Positions 52,914 to 64,000 of a DNA stretch of 64,000 nt are shown in pieces. The notes beneath the pieces were generated by a model. The model was given only the letters and a program-made list of their open reading frames with translations, was not told the DNA's origin and made no database searches. The position numbers were made by a program, and so were the translations under genes. The stretch lies in assembly GCA_043228905.1 (NCBI GenBank), contig JBHGNT010000001.1, forward strand, positions 35,836,001-35,900,000, given 5' to 3'. The DNA is from Azolla caroliniana. Its lineage: Eukaryota; Plantae; Polypodiophyta. Every line of letters starts with the position of its first letter. The stretch's first letter is position 1.

Positions 52914-53219
52914 GAGTAGTATATGAACTCCCTCGTTACCTTAACGAAAATTGCACGCACACACAAATACAGAGTAAGTTAGGCCATGGGTTCTTCCAAA
53001 ACTCTGCTTGTAAGTTGTATGTTGTAGCCCAACCCCACCCCCAAGCCCAACCAACTACATACTTACTTACTCTTCATTCTCCACACTCCATACATACATA
53101 CATACGTTGCCTCCTCGGAGACATCTGCTAGTGATTTCACATATGTCTGTTGGACCGATTGCAAACATTCTTTGTATGTCGAGGACGAAACCACGCATCA
53201 TAATGATTCTTTGAACTTT

Positions 53220-53258
<39 letters not shown>

Positions 53259-53324
53259 CCCAAATGATACGCCTTGGTATTATAAAATCATAGGAAATAC
53301 AAAAGTTGAGTTGGATAAACAAGC

Positions 53325-53600
53325 CTAGAGTGAGCACATGCACTCAGCACACATAAAAATAGTTATGATATCAAGAGATAAGCCCTCACTTTCCATGTGT
53401 TTGAGACACTTCATGGCTTCATGTCCTTGTCCTTGTTGAGCATAGCCAACAGTAAGGGCTGACCAAGCAATCACATCTCGAAGATGAAGCTCTTCGAGTA
53501 CTTTTCTTGCTTTCTCAAGCATACCACATCTAGCATACATATGAACGAGAGCAAAGCCAAGAACAACATTCTTCTCCAACGATTTCCTTTTCACGACCTC
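53325..53600 (-). pseudogene. Isolated PLS-class PPR gene fragment (about 2 repeats)
   Basis: LEKNVVLGFALVHMYARCGMLEKARKVLEELHLRDVIAWSALTVGYAQQGQGHEAMKCLKHMESEGLSLDIIT, then a frameshift and stop. No other PPR repeats nearby. Confidence 0.85.
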
Positions 53601-54751
53601 ATTGCATCGTTTCGAATCATTTTAAAGCTTTATAAACTTGGTCTTCTTGTGCATAACTTGAAATTAATGAAAAGGAACCCTTGTGTACAAACTGAAGTCC
53701 ATGGCATCAAACATGATGGTTGCTTCGGTCAGAACAACAACAACAACAAAGATAATGCCAAGCATAAATCCATCCATCCATTCATGAGGAGAGAAGGACC
53801 CAAAAAGACTTCCGATGAAGAATTGAGGGCCCAAACTCCTCATATTCTGATTTTGCTATCCACATCTCTTAAAATGTGTTGAGCGATGCAAGGATAGAGC
53901 CTCCAATCCAGACATTATACTTCCTTTCAAGTGGTGCCACTACTTTGATTTTCATACCACTAGGTGCAAGTGCCATTAACTTTATTGAATATTATGTACG
54001 TTAGGTTGGATTTGAATCTAGGTCAACCCATTGCCTCCTTTTTTCAAACAAAGCAATCCTCGTAAACCAAAAAGATAGTAGAACTTATGAAGATCAAAGG
54101 ATCCCTCGAAGGGGCAGATGCTTGTCTTACATTGAATCTTGGTGGAAGTAAATCTTAATTCAAATGTTGATTCACGACATGTTAAATTTGCCGCGATTGT
54201 TCCTAAAAGGTAAAGCAAAAGAAAAGGCTCTTGTTTTCACATTAAAGTATAATACGCGTGTTCTTTACAATTTACGTTCCCATTTATTTTTTATAAGCAC
54301 TAAAGATAACGTTGCGTTTTGCACTCGTTGCTTTCATATTGTATGAAAATGGATTGATCTTTCATAATATTTGAGTGAAGACTTAAGTGAGACGTTTTAC
54401 AACTAATGGAAGGAGTTTTTTAAAGAAAAGAAAAAAGACTTAAGTGAGACTCACAATAACACCACCACCCCTTTTGAAGAGCATATTAGATCATGTTTAA
54501 TAAAATCATAGGCATGAACAAAAACCTTTTATCAAACACATTTCACATCAAAAACATGTTTGCACACATGGTAGGAGCCACAAACATACCTTTTTTGCTA
54601 TCTCTCGTCATCAGTGATGGTAAAAAAAAGCAGTGCAACAAGTAAAATGAGACCTCTCTCTATTAGTTTTCTCGAGGACGAGATGTACAATCCCATAACG
54701 ATGTCGGTGTGCATGGCAGAAGAGTCTCTCGGTGTACACACACACATATAG

Positions 54752-55014
54752 CAGAAGAATCTCTCGCTCATATACACGAAAAAGAGAGCGACAAACAAAG
54801 AATTTGGTTTGCACGTGGAATCTTGGGCAATGAGAGAGAGAGAGAGAGAGATTCAGCCCGTCGCCGCACCAATTTGTGAAAAGAGAGAGAGAGAGACACA
54901 CACACACACACTCAGACACACACATAGAGTAGAAGAGTCTCTCGCTCGCATATGTACATGAAAAAGACGGCGACAAACAAAGGAATTGATTTGCACGTGG
55001 AATCTTGGGCAATG
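54752..55014. repeat. Duplicated ~85-bp block upstream of the MAPKK, each copy containing a G-box (CACGTG at 54812 and 54994)
   Basis: AGAAGA.TCTCTCGCTC...GCGACAAACAAAG.AATT..TTTGCACGTGGAATCTTGGGCAATG occurs twice, ~180 nt apart. Confidence 0.8.
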
Positions 55015-55322
55015 TGACAAGAAGACGATGTCAATGATGACGTTTACCATATGTAGATATTGACAACTTAAGGAGTGAAACAAATAATAAAAACACACAC
55101 ACATTCTCTCTCTCTAAAGAAGTAAAACAAGAAAAAAACAAAAGAACACTGTAAAGAAGGAAATAAAAAGTCTCGTAAAGGAATTTGAATGGGTCACGGG
55201 TTCAAATCTTACCCATTCTTCTTCTTCTTCTTCTTCTCCTTCTTATAAGTCCGTCTCTTTGGTTGGGCTGAACCCACAGGCTCTGGAGTCTTCACTACAC
55301 ACACACACGCCCAGAGACAAGC

Positions 55323-55373
<51 letters not shown>

Positions 55374-55474
55374 GATCCCTACCATCTTCTTCATTCAAAA
55401 CAGAGACAGACGAACAGACAGACAGACACAGAGAGATCAATTTTGATCCTTACCATCTTCTTCATTTCTTCATT

Positions 55475-55510
<36 letters not shown>

Positions 55511-55557
55511 GATTTGTTTTGATCTCCCCTCCTTCCTTCCCCCCTGCCTCCATAGCT

Positions 55558-56616
55558 ATGGCTACAGGCGTGGAAAGGAGGATGAAGTGCACATTGAAAC
55601 TACCCCTCATTCCCCCTCGAGAAACGCCGGCCTGCCCTCGGCCTCGGCCTTTCCCGCTCCCTCTTCCGCCGCCATCAGCACCTGGTGCTGCCTCCGCCCC
55701 GGCCATTGACAAATCGAGGCGTCCCTCAGTTTCCCCCCTTCTCTCACATGAAGACAATATAGACCCCCGCCGATACCATCAAGCTCTGCCTCCTCGGCCA
55801 TGGCAGCAGTGGCAAAGTGTATAAAGTCCAACACAAGCACACGGGGAAGATTTATGCACTCAAAGTCATCCAGGAGAAGAACTGGGAGAACCAAATCCTC
55901 TCAACTGAGATGTGCATCCTCCGCCGAGCAAACTCCCGCCATGTCATAAGGTGCCATGGCTCTTCGTTGTCCGATAAGAATGGAGACATTTCCTTCGTCT
56001 TGGAGTACATGGATGGTGGCTCGCTCGCGAGCGTACTAGAAACCCGTGGCACCATCAGTGAGCATTATCTGGGTGAAGTGGCAAGCCAAGTGCTGAGGGG
56101 GTTGAATTATCTGCACTCTAACAAGATTGTGCATCGGGACATAAAGCCCTCTAATCTTTTGATAAACCAGAAGCAAGAAGTGAAAATCGCCGATTTCGGA
56201 GTGAGCTCTGTTCTCGACAGTAGCCTCGCGCCATGCAACTCCTTTGTGGGCACATGTGCATACATGAGTCCCGAGAGGTTCGACCCCGACAGTCATGGGG
56301 CAACTATTGTGGATATGCTGCAGATATTTGGAGTTTGGGCCTAACCCTATTAGAATGTGCTATTGGACATTACCCTTATTTGGGTCCTGGCCAAAATGCA
56401 GATTGGCCGACACTTATGGTTGGTATTTGTTATGGCGAGCCGCCATCTCCACCACCCGGAGCCTCCCCACTCTTCCGAGATTTCATCATGCGATGCCTCC
56501 AAAAGGATCCGATCAGGCGGCCACGAGCTTCGGTTCTCCTATCTCATCCATTCGTAGCACGATATGAGAACTCCCCATGTGACATCTCGGGATTGATTCG
56601 ATCTCCTAGTTTGTAA
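55558..56616 (+). CDS. MKK: Intronless MAP kinase kinase (group D, MKK7/MKK9-like) with two frameshifts in this assembly
   Basis: Docking site RR.K..LKLPL followed by PFPLPLPP; GHGSSGKVYKV; YALKVI; LEYMDGGSL; HRDIKPSNLL; ADFGVS..S-x5-S (SLAPCNS)FVGTCAYMSPERF; YAADIWSLGL. The frame shifts +1 at the C5 run 55764-55768 and -1 at the G4 run 56297-56300. Confidence 0.9.
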
Positions 56617-57639
56617 AGCACATACATGTATGTATATGCGTTATCAAAGTACTCTACAGTAACCCCCCCCCCCCCCCCCCCCTCCCCCCCTTTTCTATTT
56701 GCATCAAATTTTTTTTTGTTGTTTGGAGAAGGCTTCTAAGAGGATTTTTTATTCCAAACAATTCTTTTTTTTCCTTTATTTACCTCACAACATAAGAGGA
56801 AATTGCTAACATAATTTGGCTGTAGCAATTATCCATTCTTTCATTCATTCATTCATAAATTGTAAATTGTAATGTTTTTACATACTTTTGTAAAAAACTT
56901 GCATATATTTGAAACTCGTAAAGAATTCTCATATTTTACCCCCCAGGATGATAATAAAGTCTCCATTTAATTATTATCTCTGTGTATCTTCATATATTAG
57001 AAACAACCTTGTTGATATACATATACATATATGTATATATCTATGAGCTTCTCTCTTGCAAAGTGAAACATTGATCACACAGTTTTTTGTTTATATGGAG
57101 ATTGCATCGATCTTACATTGCTTGACCCACAGCATCACTTACGCATTTTCGTCGGTTTATTGTTATTTTGCTTGTTTTCAGCATACTAGGTTCAGGTTTT
57201 GATGCTTCCTAATGAATACTGAAAACCATATGCTCCTGTTTTGGAAGTAATGTGTGTTTTAGACTAAACAACTACGGAACCGTTTTAAACCACCCATTGA
57301 CATCAAGTGTTGCCCCCATCCTTTGCATACAGAGTAAGTTTTATCATTGAAGAAACAAAGGATAATTCTGGAGAGGATCTATTTCTCACTGAATCTCTAT
57401 ATGCCCTATACTCTCCAGTCTTTCACAAGTCTAACTCAAAGAGAGCCATCTATGTGATTCTCCTCTCAAATTTATTCCCAATTTTCTTTAGCACGGGAAA
57501 TTCGATTAGTACCAGATGTGTTTCACAGGCTTTAGGAACACGTCAAATCACCTCTATGGATGCCTTTTAATCTCCGAAAAAAAAGACATACGTGTCCCAC
57601 TACCAAATGATACAGGAATTCTGGTCAATTTTCTGTCTA

Positions 57640-57739
57640 NNNNNNNNNNNNNNNNNNNNNNNNNNNNNNNNNNNNNNNNNNNNNNNNNNNNNNNNNNNNN
57701 NNNNNNNNNNNNNNNNNNNNNNNNNNNNNNNNNNNNNNN
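57640..57739. other. Assembly gap (100 N)
   Basis: Run of N characters. Confidence 0.99.
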
Positions 57740-58126
57740 ACATCTGAAAATCGTGATTTTATGGTATATGCGACTAAAGTTTAGAACGCCTCAGAAGCCT
57801 CAACCAATCAAAATTGTTGGAAACAATACCCTTTTTCCCTTTTATGGAATGAGAATTGCTAGAAATTTACTATGTGCATTAATACTTTTTCCATGGTTGC
57901 AGTAATAATGTGGAACTAGAATTTCAACACATATTATTGGAACATTAACTTACCAAATTCTAAGTGAAAGATGATTTAATATCTTTTGCCAATTCTATGC
58001 TACGTTGGCCTAGAATTCTAAATACTGTTTGCGTATTTCCCTTGCAAACGGCAATTATACCTTTTACTGGGATAATATTCCTAAAAGAATCTAATTAAAT
58101 GAAAAATAATGGACACAGAAGATTAC

Positions 58127-59162
58127 CTGGGCTCGAACAATTGCGCTTTTTTTGTCTTGTTCAGCTTTTTCAACGACAAATTTGGCTCGCTCTGCTTCTT
58201 GAGCAGCTACTTGTTTAGCTTCAATCGCAGCAGTGAACTCTCTCCCAAAGGTGAGATTTATAATAGAAACATCATCTAGAGCTATGTTAAAATTAGCAGC
58301 ACGCTCCATTAAAACTCTTCTAATCTCCCTACTTACAGCCTGGTAGTTCAAAGAATCACAAAGCGAAAAAATTGAACAATTTCAGAAGTGAGAAATATAT
58401 CACCAAAATATGAATCGGAAGAGCGGTATAAAACAGGAGCATATTGTCACATCATTTTACCTCTCGCTGGGTAATCAGTTGGCTTGCATTATATTGAGCT
58501 ACAACTGCCTTCAGAGTTTCATGTATTATAGAAGGCAAAACTCTTTCATTGAAATTTGTCCCCAGACTTCTGTAGATTGTTGGTAACGCATCGGCCATTG
58601 GTCGGGTCAAGACTCGAAGCCCAATCTTGACCTACAAATCGGATACAAGTAGCATGTGCAGTAAAATATTCAAGACTTATGTTAATGCAAGAGAAAGTGA
58701 TGTTAAAGTTACCATTTGAAGGTCCCTACTTCCTGAAGTGCTTTCAACTACATGGGGTCTCGCCCTGACATCATATATTATAGGTCTATCGAACCATGGA
58801 ATCATCAGATGGGTTCCCTCTGTATACACCTACACATTACACAGCAATTAAATTTCAAGAAATGATCAGGTAATCAAGGAATCACATGTCATGAAATGGT
58901 CAGTCAATGACCTTACCAAAATTGAACAATTTGATCAAATAAAACCTTACAGAAATGTATGCATGTCTCATATATGGAAGGGTTTAGGGTTTACAATGTG
59001 CATCGTAAAGCCATGCATGGAAGCAATCAAATTTGCATGCGATTAAAAAAGTAAGTGTACAAAAATAAATGAGAAATCACAGAAAGGGGGAAAATGTCCG
59101 TCAACATCCTCTACATACAAGTAAATAGGAGAAACAACGATGGATAAAAGGACGAAAAAGAT

Positions 59163-59194
<32 letters not shown>

Positions 59195-59390
59195 TAGGGA
59201 TCGGAGGACGGACCCGATCTCGTATGCCTTCAATTCGATTGAATATGATGGCGCGGTGGCCTCCCTCCACGTTGTACAAACTGTGTGTGGTGGCGTAGAG
59301 AGCCAGGCCGCCCAACGCAGCCGCCTTGGCTACGCTCCATAGAGGGCCTGCGTTTGGTAACCTGCCCCTTAGCATGTCATTCAGATTCAT
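58127..59390 (-). CDS. PHB: Prohibitin (type II, PHB2-like), 3'-incomplete
   Basis: Exons 59390-59214, 58829-58713, 58631-58461, 58339-58127. Motifs [100 protein letters not shown]. The expected final GEA.SA exon was not found before the gap. Confidence 0.94.
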
Positions 59391-60300
59391 CTTGCCCCTC
59401 TACCTATATGTATGTATTCCTTTAACTGTAAAGTGCGGCCCTGTGTCTCAGAATCTCTGTGTCTGTGTCTGTGTCTGTGTTTTAGGGTTCTTGACATTGC
59501 ATGGTGTCCGCGGTTGATGATCTTATTTAATTAAATCAAGGGAAATAGGATCTTGAACAAATAAACAACAGCACAAAGATCATAGAGGAAATAAAGAATG
59601 TATGTATGTATATTATAACACAAATTATCAGAGCATGCTTTACAAGTTACACCAATGATTGTAAGCTCATGGGGCTCTTAAGTGAGAATAGATATATATT
59701 CAACTTAGTGGCATTAAGTGAAGATTAACTTACCCCTCTACACTACCACATGTATGTTGAGTTGATCATCACTTGGCCACGGGTTAGACCTGGGCTTTGG
59801 TCATATGACTAACAAGCCAATTTATATATTAGAGACTATGGCCAATCCGTCGACAACATGTAACTGATGTAGCATGCACCTTTGACATGCATGATTAAAC
59901 AATTTGATGTAAAGTATTACTTTGTCACGTAATGAAAGATAGTTGAGAACACTCAAAACACAGGTTAAATGTAACACGGTTAAGTATAGTTAACACAATT
60001 TTGGGAAAAAAATACTTCAATGTTGTGTGAGGATTAGAATGACACGACGATGTTTAAGGGTGTTAAGAATTAGGTGATTAAATAAGTATGGTTAATTAAT
60101 ACCTAATTATGTGATTAAGTTAAGCGGAAGATTATGTGATATGTGTGTGAGTAGAAGAGAGAGAGAGAGAGAGAGATACACTTATGAATAACACAAGATG
60201 GGGGATGAGTAAGTATATTAAATTAGCATTATCATCATCATCAAAAATACAAAAATACCCACAATGAGGTATATATACATCTCATGTGCAAAGGTGCACA

Positions 60301-60520
60301 TGTGTGAGTAGAATATAGGTACTAATGTGTAAGTCCTATATTAAATGTACTTAGGAGTGGAAGATCTAGAATATCCCACTTAAGTACAAGGTCCTATTTA
60401 AGGCATTATAGTCGACACTTCTAACTAGATTCTATCTAGGTAACTACGAAGTTACATGATTGACGAAATAACTAAACTAAGTTGAGCTTGATCTCTCAAC
60501 ACGCCCCCTCAAGCTTAAGT
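60301..60520 (-). mobile_element. Copia-type polypurine tract plus a ~200-bp 3' LTR remnant
   Basis: The minus strand reads AAGCTTGAGGGGGCG|TGTTGAGAG... (PPT followed by the TG start at 60501) and ends ...CTCACACA at 60301. Confidence 0.55.
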
Positions 60521-60621
60521 GTGAGGTGTCCGACATCCGCTTTGGCTTTCTTCGTCTTTGTGTGCTTCCGTCCGGCCTTCGGCTTTCTTCGTCGTGGCAA
60601 TCTTTATAAAGTGTAATATTT

Positions 60622-60715
60622 TGGACATAGGGGGGGTAGTTTGGTAAATTTGAAACTTCCAGGGGCATTCTGGTAAATAGACGAACTTCCAAGGGTATCC
60701 TGGTACTTTTCCCTA
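60622..60715. mobile_element. Possible Mutator/MITE terminal repeat fragment
   Basis: The minus strand reads GGGAAAAGTACCAGGATACCCTTGGAAGTT..., with internal AACTTCCA.GGG.AT..TGGTA repeats. No partner TIR found. Confidence 0.35.
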
Positions 60716-60885
60716 TTTTATATATATATATATATATATACATATTCGTATACATATACGTATACGCATTCGTTCGTATACGTATCGATAGAACCCAAAG
60801 ATAATGTCTGCAGACTGCAGCATTCGATTGTAGTTGACTTGGCTATCGAGACAGAGACAGAAACAGAGAGAGAAGCTATCGAGCT

Positions 60886-61137
60886 ATGGCTTCCAACCCC
60901 GCCCTGAAGCAGCTATGGCTCCTTCCTTTTGCAGTCATACCAGGGTTGTTGGCTTATTTGAGAGTTCTCAGCGCTAATCAGGCTGCCCTCTGCGTCCTCG
61001 CCCTCTACTTGGTCTCTCGGTGGCATGCGGCAAAAATACAGAGGGAATTCGAAGCCCGGTCTTCATCACCATCTTCTTCAACATCTCCATCACCGTCCTC
61101 AAATAGTACCAAGCAGAGGAGATCCAAGAGAGAATGA
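60886..61137 (+). CDS. Small predicted membrane protein (83 aa), unknown function
   Basis: GA-rich leader, good ATG context (GCTATGGCT), GC-elevated ORF with two hydrophobic segments, a Ser-rich linker and a basic C-terminus; divergent from PHB. Confidence 0.6.
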   Translation: MASNPALKQLWLLPFAVIPGLLAYLRVLSANQAALCVLALYLVSRWHAAKIQREFEARSSSPSSSTSPSPSSNSTKQRRSKRE

Positions 61138-62399
61138 CTCTGTACACAGGAATTTGTCTTTCTTTACATTATGTCTTCTTGTTTTTCTTTTCCTGTGAGA
61201 GATAAGGGCCCACTTGTGGGTGTTGAAACCTTACCCTAATGCATCTATAAGGAAAACTCTTACTTAGTGAAGTGAATTGGGTAGGTTCAATCTTGAATCC
61301 TACTGAAAACTCTTATGATGTTTATGTGACAGATATTTGGGCCCATCAGCTCTTGAAACCTTAAGGATTTTGTTTATGTGCGTGATAAGGCCACATCAAT
61401 CTCAGAACCATAATGGAAAACCCTTGTACATTGACTGGGGTTGTGATTATTACCTCGGAGTATAGTTGAAATCGTGAAGTGAGCAATATATACATAGATC
61501 TAAAAGAGATTCAGGAAAGAGTTTCTAGATAGGAAGAAATGCTAGTGTTCTTTCCCTGCTCTCTTTTGTTATGCCTTCTCATATTGTTTGGTTTCGTTTA
61601 TATCAGAGATATAGGGACATTAATATCGAACCTACCTCAAATGCATCTATGTAAATCTGTGTCGTGTATCTCGATAACAATGAAAAGGATGAGTGATCAA
61701 GATTCAAGAACTCTAATTTGGGTTTGTGATTGCATCATCAAAGGAGTAGCTACCAAATAAGTTGGATATAGTAGACTATACATGGATTATAGAGATATGA
61801 GTATTGGTTAGATCTTTAATACCATGTATTGTTACAGGTTTGCTGCAGAAATCGTTGACAAACTAGTTCTATGATCGAGGTATTGGAAGACATGACATTA
61901 TTCTTTTCTCTTATCAAATTTAACACATGTAATTTCCTTTTTATGACTTCAGAAAATGATTTGGAAAACTTTTTGGGCCTTCAGACTTCTAATGTTCTGC
62001 AATGTAAATTCCAATAGCAACGAAGAACGTGGTGAGGATATTATAATAGTTAGAGAAATTAGGTTTATTAGATAATTGTCATGTATAAGACTGAACTCTT
62101 ATTTTTAATATTCATTCATGAATTGAATTGAATCGGGGGGCATACTGGTTTTGTTGGGGCATTCTTTTTTGAGAGAATTATGAATGAAGGTGAAACTCAA
62201 GTGCTCTCTTTTCATGCTTTAGTATTCACATGAGATGGATGAACAAGTAAATATCCTGTACAAAGAGTAGATTTTAGGTATTTGACACAAAATATTTGAA
62301 GCGTCAGTAGTTTTGGGACATATTCAGCAATATTCTTGTATGATGAACTCCCAACCCATTTATATTTGAATTATCTCGGAATGGTTCTCAATAATGATG

Positions 62400-63900
62400 T
62401 TGATCATATATTGTGCCGTTGGTGTTGCAAATATGATGATGGCGACCTTAAAAATTAACTATTGTGAAGTTTATTTGAAGGTCAAAATTTTAAAAAACTA
62501 ATTGTAGATGAAAAGCAATTAGGGCCATATCAATGAATATACCTAATATGGTACAACCAAGTAGCTGTAATGGCCATGATGAAATTTCATTAAGAAATTG
62601 TTTGAAATCTAGTCAAGATGAGTAGGGTGCAAAGTTTATGAACTGGATGATTGACTTCACAATACAAGAAAATATAGGTTGTCTTAGCCTCAAGAAAACA
62701 GATATGTTGAGAGAGCATTGACAAGATATATGCTACATGCATTAATGATAGCATAGCAAGTGGGTTGATAAACTCAATGAAGTTGGACATTTGAAGCTAA
62801 TATACCTATAGACTGTCAATGTCACAAAAAATACTTAAATAACTTCAATGTACTGATTGTAGAACATCTAGCTCCATCAAGGGTATGTTAGATAAAAATG
62901 CTAATGATGCAATTAGGGAACATAAATAAACTATTGTGGAGAGTAAAGATAATTACACGTTAGAGTGGAAAGCTCAATAAATGGATGCATATTTATGTGG
63001 GTTATTGTATGTTGTTGTCTTGTCGTGCTTAGGGTGCTTCAGAACAATTCTTCAACAACCTTTCAAGGTTTGATGCTTTGAGTATTATAAGCAACTCATT
63101 GGTGATTCTTGCATGGATCATACATCATGTATAAGTTGCCTCAAAATGTTTTTGTTGAGACCTTTGAAGGCAGCTATGCATTTCAATAAATTAAGGAATT
63201 CTAGGCTTCCATTCTTCCCATTCTATGATGCCCAAGTGTGAACCCAAAATTGTTATAGGAGCCTACCTTTACGCAACACCATTTAAAAACATAAAAGTAG
63301 TTGGCAACCCACAATAGACATTGTCCCTTATGTATAAGGGTGAAAGACTCTCAAAACCCTTGAGTTTTGCTCCTTTTTTCCCTAAACACCACAACAATTT
63401 TTATAATTCATATAGCAAGGATTCAACAACAATGTACCACGATTGAACAACTTAACCACTTAATCAATCGGGGTCAACTTTAGAAACTTATAAGCGGCTT
63501 GGTTCGGGTTTCATTTGGCTTGAGGATTCATTTTGGTTCAACTAGAGCCATCAACTTCATGACTAAATGACTTGACAATTACCTGAAATTTGAAGTATTT
63601 ATTAAAAATATGAATTAACTTCATAAATGATGCAATATAATAATATCGTGAAGTTTTACTTTGAACCCTAACAATTCTTCCGAGTTATTTCTCAAGTTTT
63701 AAAACAACAAACCTTTCTCAGGAGCCCATTGAATGGTTTAACAGTTTCCAAAACTCTATAACTGTTTAGTTTGAGCTTAAAACTCCTTCAAAACAGGTTA
63801 TTTTTTAAGGTTTCAGTATAAACATTTCAAGGTTTAAAGGTTTCATAATTCAAGTTTGATTCCGTTTTAGTTTCAAAACCATTTAATGTTTTCAATTGGA
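62400..63900 (-). mobile_element. Possible degraded hAT-like DNA transposon remnant
   Basis: Weak GCTI-like motif near 62550 and GGTT/AACC-rich subterminal-like repeats at 63480-63890; no intact ORF. Confidence 0.3.
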
Positions 63901-64000
63901 CACAGTCTGAGAAGTTGAGAATCATATACCAATCTGAAATATTGCCAATTAATATGTATAACCCTTTTAACTTGTCCTTTGTTTCGTCCACACAATAAGA

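Noticed and set aside
4598-56616. Idea of a functional fertilisation cluster (HAP2, SWEET, ROP-binding kinase, MAPKK)
   Set aside because: Interspersed with housekeeping genes (bL25, TRM13); no shared regulatory signal visible; adjacency alone is not evidence in a plant genome.
58980-58992. GGGTTTAGGGTTT as an interstitial telomere
   Set aside because: Under two repeat units; better read as an ordinary telo-box-like motif.

Overview
Gene-dense nuclear DNA from a land plant, probably a fern (inferred from the RTE-LINE 3' ends and the PPR style; not verified). Genes reconstructed by hand from GT-AG splice sites and protein motifs: a TM9SF/EMP70 protein (-); an intact 18-exon, 771-aa HAP2/GCS1 gamete-fusogen homologue over ~20 kb (+), which the ORF track shows only as fragments; a SWEET sugar transporter (-); an organellar ribosomal protein bL25 (-); a USP-domain RLCK-VI/RBK-like kinase (+); tRNA methyltransferase TRM13 (-); a PPR fragment; an intronless MAPKK with two compensating homopolymer frameshifts (+); a prohibitin truncated near a 100-N gap (-); and an 83-aa orphan membrane ORF (+). 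The most notable item is the HAP2-like fusexin. Its ectodomain motifs look more algal/protist than angiosperm, it has a long Gly-rich hydrophobic insert before the TM anchor, and its cytoplasmic tail is Cys/acidic/Lys-Ser/Tyr-rich rather than His-rich. Its introns hold many RTE-LINE 3' ends and several decayed protein-like segments of unknown origin. Family comparisons are from memory; no database searches were run.
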